The translations under genes were made by a program, and so were the position numbers. Below, piece by piece: positions 24,740-36,846 of a stretch of 64,000 nt of DNA. The notes below the pieces were generated by a model. The model saw nothing but the letters and a program-made list of their open reading frames with translations, was not told where the DNA came from and made no database searches. This DNA is from Macrostomum lignano (taxonomy: Eukaryota), in NCBI GenBank assembly GCA_002269645.1, contig NIVC01001557.1, positions 204,556 to 268,555 on the forward strand, written 5' to 3'. How positions within the stretch are numbered: the stretch's first letter is position 1; every line of letters begins with the position of its first letter.

Positions 24740-27065
24740 AGGAATCATTGGATAGTCAAGGGGAATCATTGGGTTGTCAATAGAAATGATTGGATTGTAA
24801 CAGGGGAATTATTGGATTGTCACAGGGAAATTATTGGATTGTGACGAGGATAATCATTGGAATTTCACAGGAAAATCATCGGATTGTCACAGGGGAATCA
24901 TCGGATTGTCAGGGAAATCATTGGATTGTCACAGGGGAATCATTGGATTGTCACAGGGTAATCATTGGAATTTCACAGGAAAATCATTGGATTGTCACAG
25001 GGTAATCATTAGATTGTCACAGGGTAATCATTGGAATTTCACAGGAAAATCATTGGATTGTCACAGGGTAATCATTGGATTGTCACAGGAAAATCATTGG
25101 ATTGTCACAGGGTAATCATTGGATTGTCTCAGGGTAATCATTGGATTGTCACAGGGGAATCATTGGATTGTCACAGGGGAATCATTGGAATTTCACAGGG
25201 TAATCATTGGATTGTCACAGGGGAATCATTGGATTGTCACAGGGGAATCATTGGAATTTCACAGAAAAATCATTGGATTGTCACAGGGTAATCATTGGAT
25301 TGTCACAGGAAAATCATTGGATTGTCACAGGGTAATCATTGGATTGTCACAGAGTAATCATTGGATTGTCACAGGGGAATCATAGAATGTCACAGGGTAA
25401 TCATTGGATTGTCACAGGGTAATCATTGGATTGTCACAGGGTAATCATTGGATTGTCACAGGGGAATCATTGGAATTTCACAGGAAAATCATCGGATTGT
25501 CACAGGGGAATCATCGGATTGTCACAGGGGAATCATTGGATTGTCACAGGGGAATCATTGGATTGTCACAGGGTAATCATTGGAATTTCACAGGAAAATC
25601 ATTGGATTGTCACAGGGTAATCATTGGAATTTCACAGGGTAATCATTGGAATTTCACAGGAAAATCATTGGATTGTCACAGGGTAATCATTGGATTGTCA
25701 CAGGAAAATCATTGGATTGTCACAGGGTAATCATTCGATTGTCTCAGGGTAATCATTGGATTGTCACAGGGGAATCATTGGATTGTCACAGGGGAATCAT
25801 TGGAATTTCACAGGGTAATCATTGGATTGTCACAGGGGAATCATTGGATTGTCACAGGGGAATCATTGGAATTTCACAGGAAAATCATTGGATTGTCACA
25901 GGGTAATCATTGGATTGTCACAGGAAAATCATTGGATTGTCACAGGGTAATCATTGGATTGTCACAGAGTAATCATTGGATTGTCACAGGGGAATCATAG
26001 AATGTCACAGGGTAATCATTGGATTGTCACAGGGTAATCATTGGATTGTCACAGGGTAATCATTGGATTGTCACAGGGGAATCATTGGAATTTCACAGGG
26101 TAATCATTGGATTGTCACAGGGTAATCATTGGATTGTCACAGGGGAATCATTGGATTGTCACAGGGTAATCATTGGATTGTCACAGGGGAATCATTAGAA
26201 TTTCACAGGAAAATCATTGGATTGTCACAGGGTAATCATTGGATTGTCACAGGAAAATCATTGGATTGTCACAGGGTAATCATTGTATTGTCACAGAGTA
26301 ATCATTGGATTGTCACAGGGTAATCATCGGATTGTCACAGGGGAATCATCGGATTGTCACAGGGAAATCATTGGATTGTCACAGGGGAATCATTGGATTG
26401 TCACAGGGGAATCATTGGATTGTCACAGGGGAATCATCGGATTGTCACAGGGTAATCATTGGATTGTCAGGCAAATCATTGGATTGTCACAGGGTAATCA
26501 TTGGATTGTCACAGGGTAATCATTAGATTGTCACAGGGTAATCATTGGATTGTCACAGGGGAATCATTGGATTGTCACAGGGGAATCATTGGAATTTCAC
26601 AGGAAAATCATTGGATTGTCACAGGAAAATCATTGGATTGTCACAGGGTAATCATTGGATTGTCTCAGGGTAATCATTGGATTGTCTCAGGGTAATCATT
26701 GGATTGTCTCAGGGTAATCATTGGATTGTCACAGGGTAATCATTGGAATTTCACAGGAAAATCATTGGATTGTCACAGGGGAATCATTGGATTGTCACAG
26801 GAAAATCATTGGATTGTCACAGGGTAATCATTGGATTGTCACAGGAAAATCATTGGATTGTCACAGGGTTGTCACAGGGTAATCATTGGATTGTCACAGG
26901 GTTGTCACAGGGTAATCATTGGATTGTCACAGAGTAATCATTGGAATTTCACAGGGTAATCATTGGATTGTCAGAGGGGAATCATTGGATTGTCACAGGG
27001 TAATCATTGGATTGTCACAGGGTAATCATTGGATTGTCACAGGGTAATCATTGGATTGTCACAGG
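24740..27065. repeat. 22-bp minisatellite (GGATTGTCACAGGGTAATCATT), about 100 copies
   Basis: Direct inspection. The rare variant CATAGAATGTCAC recurs at 25381 and 25996 (about 615 bp apart). Confidence 0.95.
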
Positions 27066-27669
27066 GGATCCAGTCAGTCAGTCAGGGGAATCATTCGATC
27101 CTCGCAGGGAATCATTAGAAGGGCATCAAAGCAGTCAGTCGTGTTGATTTCACTGGCTGGGTCTCATTAATGATCAGTCGCTAAGCTATGGACGACAGGC
27201 TACGCAAGAATGCATGACTGCCTCGCCCCCTTGCACTCGAATCCTTTTTATGACTAGGAGAAATAAGCCAGCGCAAATATTTTATGCTTTTTCATTGCAA
27301 AGGCGCATGCTTTGTAGATTATAGTTTCAATTGTTGACAATACGCTCCAGCCAGTCTGTCTCCATCTTGTCTATTTAGTTGCTATGTGTGGGCGTGCAGC
27401 CTATTATAGCTTTTTTTCTGTCTGCATCTTATATTTATTGCTTGAACTTGCACTGCTTGCAGTGTAGAGTTTCTCGTATTTATATTATTAGAATGCCATA
27501 TTGCTAGTACTGTTATTAGTATATTGCGATTACGACAACTCTAGCAAGCAGTCCTGAGCGTGTAAAGCAGTTTGAAAATTCGCAGCTGGGGCGCTTTAAT
27601 CTGGGACATGCCGGCAGCATTGATGTTCGCTAACAATAACAGGAAGTGGATTTTAATGCAGTAAAATAC

Positions 27670-27919
27670 ACAGACAGGGAGAGAGGGAGGTAGACAGACA
27701 GGCAAGCAGACAGACAGACAGACACTAAGACAGACAGACAGACAGACAAACAGGACAGACAGACAGACAGACAGAAAGACAGACACTAAGACAGCCAGAC
27801 AGACACTAAGACAGCCAGACAGACAGACAGATACTAAGACAGACAGATAGACAGGCAGACACTAAGACACTAAGACAGACAGCCAGACAGACACTAAGAC
27901 AAACAGCCAGACAGACACT

Positions 27920-27976
<57 letters not shown>

Positions 27977-28020
27977 GGACAGACAGACAGACAGACAAGC
28001 AGACAGACGCACACACAGGC

Positions 28021-28056
<36 letters not shown>
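27670..28056. repeat. (CAGA)n microsatellite with CACTAAGA interruptions
   Basis: Direct inspection. It lies immediately upstream of the PHF20-like ATG. Confidence 0.95.
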
Positions 28057-28059
<3 letters not shown>

Positions 28060-28118
28060 CATACAAAGCCAACTCACCCTCAGCGAATCGCCCCGTCAGT
28101 CGCCAGTCGCAGCCAGTC

Positions 28119-31100
28119 ATGTCCAGCCTTCCCAAGCGCCCTGGCCTCGTGTGGCAAGTCGGCGAATTTCTGGAAGCCCAGGACGCGTGGGGCAACTGGA
28201 CGGCCGCCAAGCTGCTGGCGGTGCACGAGGACACGAAGTCCGTGCTGGTGCACTACCACAAGTGGAGCGCCAAGTTCGACGAGGAGATCGAGATGAGCAG
28301 CGAGCGGCTCAGGCCGCTGAATAAACCGACGAAGCAGTCAGCTGAGTCAGCCGAGGCCGCCGCCTTCCAGCCCGGCGATCTGGTGCTGGCGAGATGGCGC
28401 GACACCCTCTGGTATCAGGCCAAGGTCATTTCCGTTGACAGCAAAGGTCACTACAGTTTGTTCTTCACGTTGGATAGCTGGAAAGCTAAGGGTTACAGGT
28501 GAGCGCTTGCTGCCATCGGTTATGCGTGACCAATTTTGCACACTATGACCAAACTCAGCATGGCCAATTCACACCATGACCAAACTCAGCATGACCAACT
28601 CACATCATGACCAATTCATAGCATGACCAACTCATAGCATGACCAATTCAGGGCATGACCAACTCACAGCATGACCAACTCACAGCATGACCAATTCATA
28701 GCATGACCAACTCACATCATGACCAATTCATAGCATGACCAATTCACACCATGACCAAACTCAGCATGGCCAATTCACACCATGACCAAACTCAGCGTGG
28801 CCAATTCACACCATGACCAAACTCAGCGTGGCCAATTCACACCATGACCAAACTCAGCGTGGCCAATTCACACCATGACCAAACTCAGCATGACCAACTC
28901 ACACAATGACCAACTCACATCATGACCAATTCATAGCATGACCAACTCACAGCATGACCAACTCACATCATGACCAATTATAGTCAGCATGACCAACTCA
29001 TAGCATGACCAATTCAGGGCATGACCAACTCACGGCATAACTACCTCATAGTATGACCAATTATAGTCAGCATGACCAACTCATAGTATGACCAATTATA
29101 GTCAGCATGACCAACTCATAGTATGACCAATTATAGTCAGCATGACCAATTCACAGCATGACCAATTCACAGCATGACCAATTCACAGCATGACCAACTC
29201 AGCATGACCAACTCACAGCATGACCAACTCACTAATCGAAACTTCGCCCCATTGTCGCCACCCCGCAGGGCCTCCCAGCTGAAGCCGTACGACGCAGCCG
29301 AGGCCGAGGCGATCTTCGCCGCCCAGTGGCCGGCCACGGGGCCCAGCGAGATCAACTATGACCCCATGGTACGCCGCATTCAGGAGAACTCCCGGCGCCG
29401 ACGGCTGGAGAAACGCGGCGGCGGCGTCGGCGGCGGCGGTGGCGGCGGTGGCGACGACGCGGATGACCAGCTGATGCTCAACTCCACCTGCCCGGAGTCG
29501 CTGCTGTCAGCTGAGCTGGCCTCAGCCTCATCCAGTGATGCTGGCGGCGCTTCTTCATCACAGCAACAGCAACAGAAGCAAAAGCAGCAACAGAAGCAGC
29601 AGCAGCAGAAGCTTTCCCAGTCCTTCAATGCTGCCAGCGAGACCCGACGAAGCCGTCGGCGAACCGCCGCTCCACAGCCGGCCAAGTCGCAGGCAGCGCC
29701 GCAGTCCCCGCCACCGCCTTCGCCGACTCCTCCTCAGGAGGCTCCAGAGCCGAAGCAGGGCCGGCTGCCGCCATTAAAGATGACGTTGAAAATTCCGACA
29801 AATTTGCTACTAAAAGAAGAAAAAGAAGCAGAGGAAGCGGCCGCGGCAGCTGCAATCAAGCCAGAAAAGCAGCAGTCTGAATACTCGCTGACGTTTGAAG
29901 AGTGCCAAGAGGATGCTTCGGTTTCGCCCAAGCAACTGCCGGACCAGCTCAGTAGGAAGCGACCGGCAGACTCTCCGCCCGCTGAGCTGCCAGCCAGTGA
30001 GGAGGCCAGCACCCTGCCGAAACCGTCCGCTGTTGAGCCTGAGCACGAACCGCTGGCAAAGCGAGCTCGGCTGGACCCTGAGCTGGAGCAGAACAGCTTC
30101 AGCAGCGATCAGAATGTTGTGGCCGAGGCTGGCAGTTCGGCCGCCACCACCGCCATGACCACCGCTATGATGAGCGCTGAGGAGACTGTGGAGTCTGCTG
30201 CCGATGCCTCAGCAGAACTCCTGCCGCCGCCGCCACCGCCGCCGCCGCAGCAGCAGGGTTCTCAGCACGAGCAGCGACTGTTGAAAATGCGAGTCCGGCT
30301 GCCCAAGCTGTCAACTCCATCGCTGGATCGGTCAGCTTCCGTGTGCAGCCCCGCCGCTCCGACCTCCGCCGCCGCTGTTGCCGCCGCCGCCACCGCCACT
30401 TCGACGCCCGGATCGTCGGCTTGGACGGCCGACAGGCGGCGCTCGTTCTTCGGCTCGGGCGGCCTCGGCCGCAGCAACAGCAGCGCCACAAGCGTCGGCA
30501 GCGGCAGCGGCAAGCGGAAGACTTCAACTGAGCCGACTGTGCCCGCCCACTGGACCATCGAGACATTCGAATGCGACCAGTGCGGCAAGAGCTTCCGCAA
30601 GGAGAAGCTGCTGTCCGACCACATCAGGTTCTACCATCGGCCCAAAGGTTCCGGCCGCGCTGCGTCCTCGTCCAAGGCTGCGGCAGCCGGCGACAACGCC
30701 TCTTCGTCCAGGCGTAGCGAGGCTGCCACCGCCGAGGATCTGGAATCTCTGATGTCGTCTAGTCGCGATCAGCACGACTCCGAGCTCGCGTCCCAGCCGG
30801 CCACGGTCAGCAAGGCGCATCATAAATCGTCCAGTTCCTCGTTGCAGTCATCGGCTGCTGCTGCTACCGCTGCAGCAGCCGCCGCCGCAGCGGAGGCTTC
30901 GATAGTCGCGCCAGACAAGCGGCGGGTTGTTCACTGCCAGTGCGGCCGCTCGGGCGAAGACGACATGATCCAGTGCGAGGTCTGCCGCGCCTTCCAGCAC
31001 GCCCGCTGCGCCTCCAAAGCCGTTGACTTGCGCAGCATACCGGATCTGTACTATGTGTGCAGCTTCTGCCTGCACCCCAGGAAGGAGTTCAAATCCACTA

Positions 31101-34100
31101 GGCGGGTCTGGCATCACAAATGGCTGCGCCAGCCCAGCTCGGGGGCGCAGACTTCGCCAATGATGGACGTTGTGCGTCAGGTTATGGAGCTCTACGCTAT
31201 TGTTCAGAAGGTGAGGCTCTTTGGTTGCGTTGCTCGTCGGAATGCTTCCGAAAATGGGATTCCTGGGGATCGGGGATCAGATGGACTTATCGGGGATAGA
31301 GATCGGGTGGGATTTTAGGCGATGAGGATCGGATGGGATTATAGGGGATGAGGATCGGATGGGATTATAGGGGATGAGGATCGGATGGGATTATAGGGGA
31401 TGTGGATCGGATGGGATTTTAGGGGATAGAGATCGGGTGGGATTTTAGGCGATGAGGATCGGATGGGATTATAGGCGATGAGGATCGGATGAGATTATAG
31501 GGGATGAGGATCGGATGGGATTATAGGGGATGAGTTGGGGATCGGGTGAGATTTTAGGGGATGAGGATCGTATGGGATTTTAGGGGATGAGGATCGGGTG
31601 GGATTTTAGGCGATGAGGATCGGATGAGATTATAGCGGATGAGGATCGGATGGGATTATAGGGGATGAGTTGGGGATCGGGTGAGATTTTAGGGGATGAG
31701 GATCGTATGGGATTTTAGGGGATGAGGATCGGGTGGGATTTTAGGCGATGAGGATCGGATGAGATTATAGGGGATGAGGATCGGATGGGATTATAGGGGA
31801 TGAGGATCGGATGGGATTATAGGGGATGAGGATCGGATGGGATTATAGGGGATGAGGATCGGATGGGATTATAGGGGATGAGGATCGGATGGGATTATAG
31901 GGGATGAGGATCGGATGGGATTTTAGGGGATAGAGATCGGGTGGGATTTTAGGCGATGAGGATCGGATGGGATTTTAGGGGATGAGGATCGGGTGGGATT
32001 ATAGGGGATGAGGATCGGATGGGATTATAGGGGATGAGGATCGGATGGGATTATAGGGGATGAGGATCGGATGGGATTTTAGGAGATAGAGATCGGGTGG
32101 GATTTTAGGCGATGAGGATCGGATGGGATTTTAGGCGATGAGGATCGGGTGGGATTATAGGGGATGAGGATCGGATGGGATTATAGGGGATGAGGATCGG
32201 ATGGGATTATAGGGGATGAGAATCGGATGGGACTATAGGGGATGAGGATCGGATGGGATTTTTAGAGTTGGGGATCGGGTGAGATTTTAGGCGATGAGGA
32301 TCGGATGGGATTTTAGGGGATGAGGATCGGGTGGGATTTTAGGCGATGAGGATCGGATGAGATTATAGGGGATGAGGATCGGATGGGATTATAGGGGATG
32401 AGGATCGGATGGGATTATAGGGGATGAGGATCGGATGGGATTATAGGGGATGAGAATCGGATGGGATTATAGGGGATGAGAATCGGATGGGATTATAGGG
32501 GATGAGAATCGGATGGGATTATAGGGGATGAGAATCGGATGGGATTATAGGGGATGAGGATCGGATGGGATTATAGGGGATGAGGATCGGATGGGATTAT
32601 AGGGGATGAGTTGGGGATCGGGTGAGATTTTAGGCGATGAGGATCGGATGGGATTTTAGGGGATGAGGATCGGGTGGGATTTTAGGCGATGAGGATCGGA
32701 TGAGATTATAGCGGATGAGGATCGGATGGGATTATAGGGGATGAGTTGGGGATCGGGTGAGATTTTAGGGGATGAGGATCGTATGGGATTTTAGGGGATG
32801 AGGATCGGGTGGGATTTTAGGCGATGAGGATCGGATGAGATTATAGGGGATGAGGATCGGATGGGATTATAGGGGATGAGGATCGGATGGGATTATAGGG
32901 GATGAGGATCGGATGGGATTATAGGGGATGAGGATCGGATGGGATTATAGGGGATGAGGATCGGATGGGATTATAGGGGATGAGGATCGGATGGGATTTT
33001 AGGGGATAGAGATCGGGTGGGATTTTAGGCGATGAGGATCGGATGGGATTATAGGGGATGAGGATCGGGTGGGATTATAGGGGATGAGGATCGGATGGGA
33101 TTATAGGGGATGAGGATCGGATGGGATTATAGGGGATGAGGATCGGATGGGATTTTAGGGGATAGAGATCGGGTGGGATTTTAGGCGATGAGGATCGGAT
33201 GGGATTTTAGGGGATGAGGATCGGGTGGGATTATAGGGGATGAGGATCGGATGGGATTATAGGGGATGAGGATCGGATGGGATTATAGGGGATGAGAATC
33301 GGATGGGATTATAGGGGATGAGGATCGGATGGGATTTTTAGAGTTGGGGATCGGGTGAGATTTTAGGCGATGAGGATCGGATGGGATTTTAGGGGATGAG
33401 GATCGGGTGGGATTTTAGGCGATGAGGATCGGATGAGATTATAGGGGATGAGGATCGGATGGGATTATAGGGGATGAGGATCGGATGGGATTATAGGGGA
33501 TGAGGATCGGATGGGATTATAGGGGATGAGAATCGGATGGGATTATAGGGGATGAGAATCGGATGGGATTATAGGGGATGAGAATCGGATGGAATTATAG
33601 GGGATGAGAATCGGATGGGATTATAGGGGATGAGGATCGGATGGGATTTTAGGGGATGAGGATCGGATGGGATTCTTAAAGTTGGGGATCGAGTGGGATT
33701 TTAGGGGATGAAGATCGGATGGGATTATAGGGGATGAGAATTGGATGGGATTATAGGGGATGAGAATCGGATGGGATTATAGGGGATGAGAATCGGATGG
33801 GATTATAGGGGATGAGAATCGGATGGGATTATAGGGAATGAGGATCGGATGGGATTTTAGGGGATGAGGATCGGATGGGATTCTTAAAGTTGGGGATAGG
33901 GTGGGATTTTAGGGGATGAAGATCGGATGGGATTATAGGGGATGAGGAGCGTATAGGATTTTAGGGAATGAGGATCGGATGGGATTTTAGGGGATGAGGA
34001 TCGGATGGGATTTTTGGGAATGGGGATCGGATGGGATTTTTGGGAATGGGGATCGGATGGGATTTTTAGTTTGGTAATCAGATGGGATTCCTCAGGAGAT

Positions 34101-34859
34101 GGATCAAGTAGGATTCTTGAGTTGCGTTCATGTAGTAGAGCATCGTGGAAAAGTCAAGAAAATAATCGATTAATGATCAAAAGATTAAACAGTTCCCAAT
34201 GCGCATCCCGGACCCCTCGGCCCTCGCAGCTGAAGCGCTTCAACACGGACATCCACTCTCGCCTGATCAAACTGGCTCCCGATCTCGCGGAGAAGTCGCC
34301 CGACGAGATTCGCCAGCTGCTGCAGTTGCACAGCCAGCGCCAGCAGCAGCAGCAGCAGCAGCAGCAGGTGGCGTCATCAGCTGCGTCAACGTCTGCAGCA
34401 GCGGCCAGTGCAAGCGGCGGCGCCGTCTCAGGCCGAACCCGTCTGGACTCTGTCGGCGAGCTGGCGGACTTCCTGCCCAGCCTGGAGCTGGACCAGCTCG
34501 AGAGTCTGCTGGGTGGCAGCGGCGCCGGTGGCGCCGGCGGCAACGGCGGCGGCGAGGTCGGTGAAGCTGACGAAATCGGCGGCGTGTTGAGCTTGCCGCC
34601 GCCGCCTCCGGTGCCGCCTCCGGTGCCGCCGCCGCCGCCAGGCGCTGATGCCAATGAGCTCACCGCCCTGCTGTGCACCCAGCAGGCGCTCGGCCACGTG
34701 CTGTCCATTGTAGCGGCCAAGATGTCCGAACTGCGTGAACGGCCGAGTGTCCGGCCGTTGGCCGAACGGACGCCTCGGACGTTGCGACCGCGCCTGCCAG
34801 CGCTGAGGAACAATCTGGCTAAGCTGCGCCGGCTGGCCGCACTGCCTAAAAAGAACTGA
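28119..34859 (+). CDS. PHF20: PHF20/PHF20L1 (MBD-R2)-like chromatin reader, about 983 aa. Exons 28119-28498, 29269-31210, 34230-34859
   Basis: Exon 1 has tandem Tudor domains aligning to the PHF20 N-terminus (WQVGEFLEAQD..LVHYHKWSAKFDE..RLRPL; FQPGDLVLARWRDTLWYQAKV). Exon 2 has a C2H2 finger (CDQCGKSFRKEKLLSDHIRFYH) and a PHD (CQC..MIQCEVC..QHARC..YVCSFC). Introns are GT-AG with phases 2 and 0; exons total 2952 nt. Confidence 0.9.
28545..29232. repeat. About 16-bp minisatellite (CATGACCAACTCACAG variants), PHF20 intron 1
   Basis: Direct inspection. Confidence 0.95.
31255..34075. repeat. 26-bp G-rich minisatellite (GATGAGGATCGGATGGGATTATAGGG), about 105 copies, PHF20 intron 2
   Basis: Direct inspection. 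Rare variants recur about 1077 bp apart (TATAGCGG at 31631/32707; TTTAGAGTTG at 32261/33338). Confidence 0.95.
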
Positions 34860-34868
34860 GTCCCTTGG

Positions 34869-35270
34869 CCTTAGCAACCGTATCAATCATCTATAGCGTC
34901 CCTAGCAACCATTCGTTAAAGTGTAGAAATTGTAGGTTATAGCTTTTGTACTTTAGAAGCCATGAGCTCGTTCTAACGCTCTCCTAGCAACCATACACCC
35001 CTTTGAAGCGTCCTTAGCAACCATATACATTTCTAGCTTTCTTAGCTAAGCCGTATTTCTGGCGTCCCTAGCAACCATTACTTTAGCGATTTGGCGTTTT
35101 TTAAACCACATATATTATATATTTACTCATACCTCTCTCGCAACCGTTTGTCTCTTTTAAGCGTCCCAAGCAGCCACTGTTTCTTAGCAATTCTTCATCA
35201 AGCATATTCCCCGTTTCCTAGTAGCAACAGGCCCCTGTTTCCTGGTGTCGCCTTTAACAACCATATATTG
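34869..35270. promoter_or_regulatory. Cluster of RFX-type half sites (CCTAGCAAC/CTTAGCAAC) in a degenerate repeat just after the PHF20 stop
   Basis: TAGCAAC-core copies at about 34869, 34901, 34983, 35012 and 35067, plus degenerate copies to about 35270. A regulatory function is not demonstrated. Confidence 0.35.
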
Positions 35271-36321
35271 ATCTTTTGCGAAGCTTACAGTAGAAAATTG
35301 AGGGGATAATATCTGTCCGGCAAAGTCAACTTGCATTCAGGTGCGCTCGGCACCTTAATGTTCTCTATGAATCATGACTCGGTGCGTCCGGAAAGTTCTC
35401 ATTAGCGCGTAGCAGTAAATCATTCATTCTCGCTTGTAATGTTAACTTTATGCTCCCTGTATAAAGTCGTTTTGTATTTTATTGCTTCGATTTCTTTATT
35501 AATAATGTTTTCGACTTTTGGTCTGGCTTTAAAAAAACATTCGTTCGAACTGATTTATTTGGTATTTCTTGGCTAGTTGCCGAATTTAGCAAGCAAAATG
35601 TTTCTCGTGGAGATTCGTTGATAATTCGTCAATTTTTAGTGCAATTAATGGGTACGAGCGTATTGAACCACTTCTACTACTTGTGTGCTTGACTTGTAAT
35701 GTTTGGTCGCCAGTAAATACAATGGAAAAATCAAGCAAATTTAACTTTTGTGCGTTTTTTTGAACATTGAAAAAAAAATAATCAAATTATTTTTGGTTTG
35801 TTCATTTCCAAATCTGACTACATGTAACTGCATGAGTGATGAACATTGAAGGTGTCAACATTTTTTTAAAAAATATACATATTTTGTAGACATAATTTGT
35901 ATATTAAATTTGTTAATGCATCTACTATCACTATTGCTGCGAGTAGGCACTGTGTAATACCGTGGAATTCTGCTTGCTATCCGAATTTACAACTAGACAG
36001 ATTGATACTGAAATTGAACTTCCGTTTCTGGTTGTGAACATCAGTTAAGACAACATAGACATTATTTTCAACACTTGGAATGATTAAAAAGAGTTAAAAT
36101 TTATTAAAAGCTCTACTATCATGGCCTTTTTTCGAAAAAGAGGTGCGAAATATCTGGTTAATGTCGTAATTCGGTGTTTGCTTTTTAATAATTATACTTT
36201 TTGTACCAATATTTCCATCCGATGAAGTGCACGCTACATACCGTAACCGAGGATCACTAACAGTAGATACGTAAACATAACTTGTTATTAAGCACTATAT
36301 GTATAAAAGTATTAATAATAA

Positions 36322-36595
36322 GGTCGGGGGGTTCTCGATTCTCGACCCACTCGAAATAATTTTTGTCCTTGAGCAAGACACTTAGCACTGCAGTGCTTCA
36401 GTTCACCCCAGCTGTAAAATGAGTAGCAGCATTAGCTGGAGTAATTGAGGGCTTGTGGCGACCACCCAGTCCATGGATTGAACAGCCGTACGCAGCCTTC
36501 AGATGCGTTGCGGCATTGCTGCGGCTGAGCTGTCGGTTACATCTGCCCATTAGGACTGGGGTAATCGTATAACTTTATCCTGTACTTTATTCTTA
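36322..36595 (+). mobile_element. 5'-truncated tRNA-derived CORE-type SINE
   Basis: B-box-like GGTTCTCGATTC followed by GTCCTTGAGCAAGACACTTAGC..TGCTTCAGTTCACCCCAGCTGTAAAATGAG (36365-36425), which matches the MIR/CORE consensus CCTTGGGCAAGTxACTTAAC..TGCCTCAGTTTCCTCATCTGTAAAATGGG. It ends in a CTTTAT-type tail. Confidence 0.65.
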
Positions 36596-36846
36596 CAGTC
36601 AAAAGATATATGGGGCTTTAGCTTTGTCTTTAAAAGTCATGAAAAGCTAATACTGTTCATGTTTTTTTGTGATAAACCTCTAGGTCTCGTAATCAACGAG
36701 TTTTATTTGCTTACTTGGTCGTATAGGTAAGCTAAAAGGCGCGACTTCAAATTGTATAAATTTAATTATTTTTTGTGAGACATATTTCCTCGTACAACCA
36801 AGTCAAGCAGTCGAAGACTAAACACTAAAGTTTTTGAAGCCTAAAG

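Noticed and set aside
29380-31117. Multiple antisense and alternative-frame ORFs over the PHF20, TMEM59 and IRS exons
   Set aside because: These are shadow ORFs expected in GC-rich coding sequence with trinucleotide runs.
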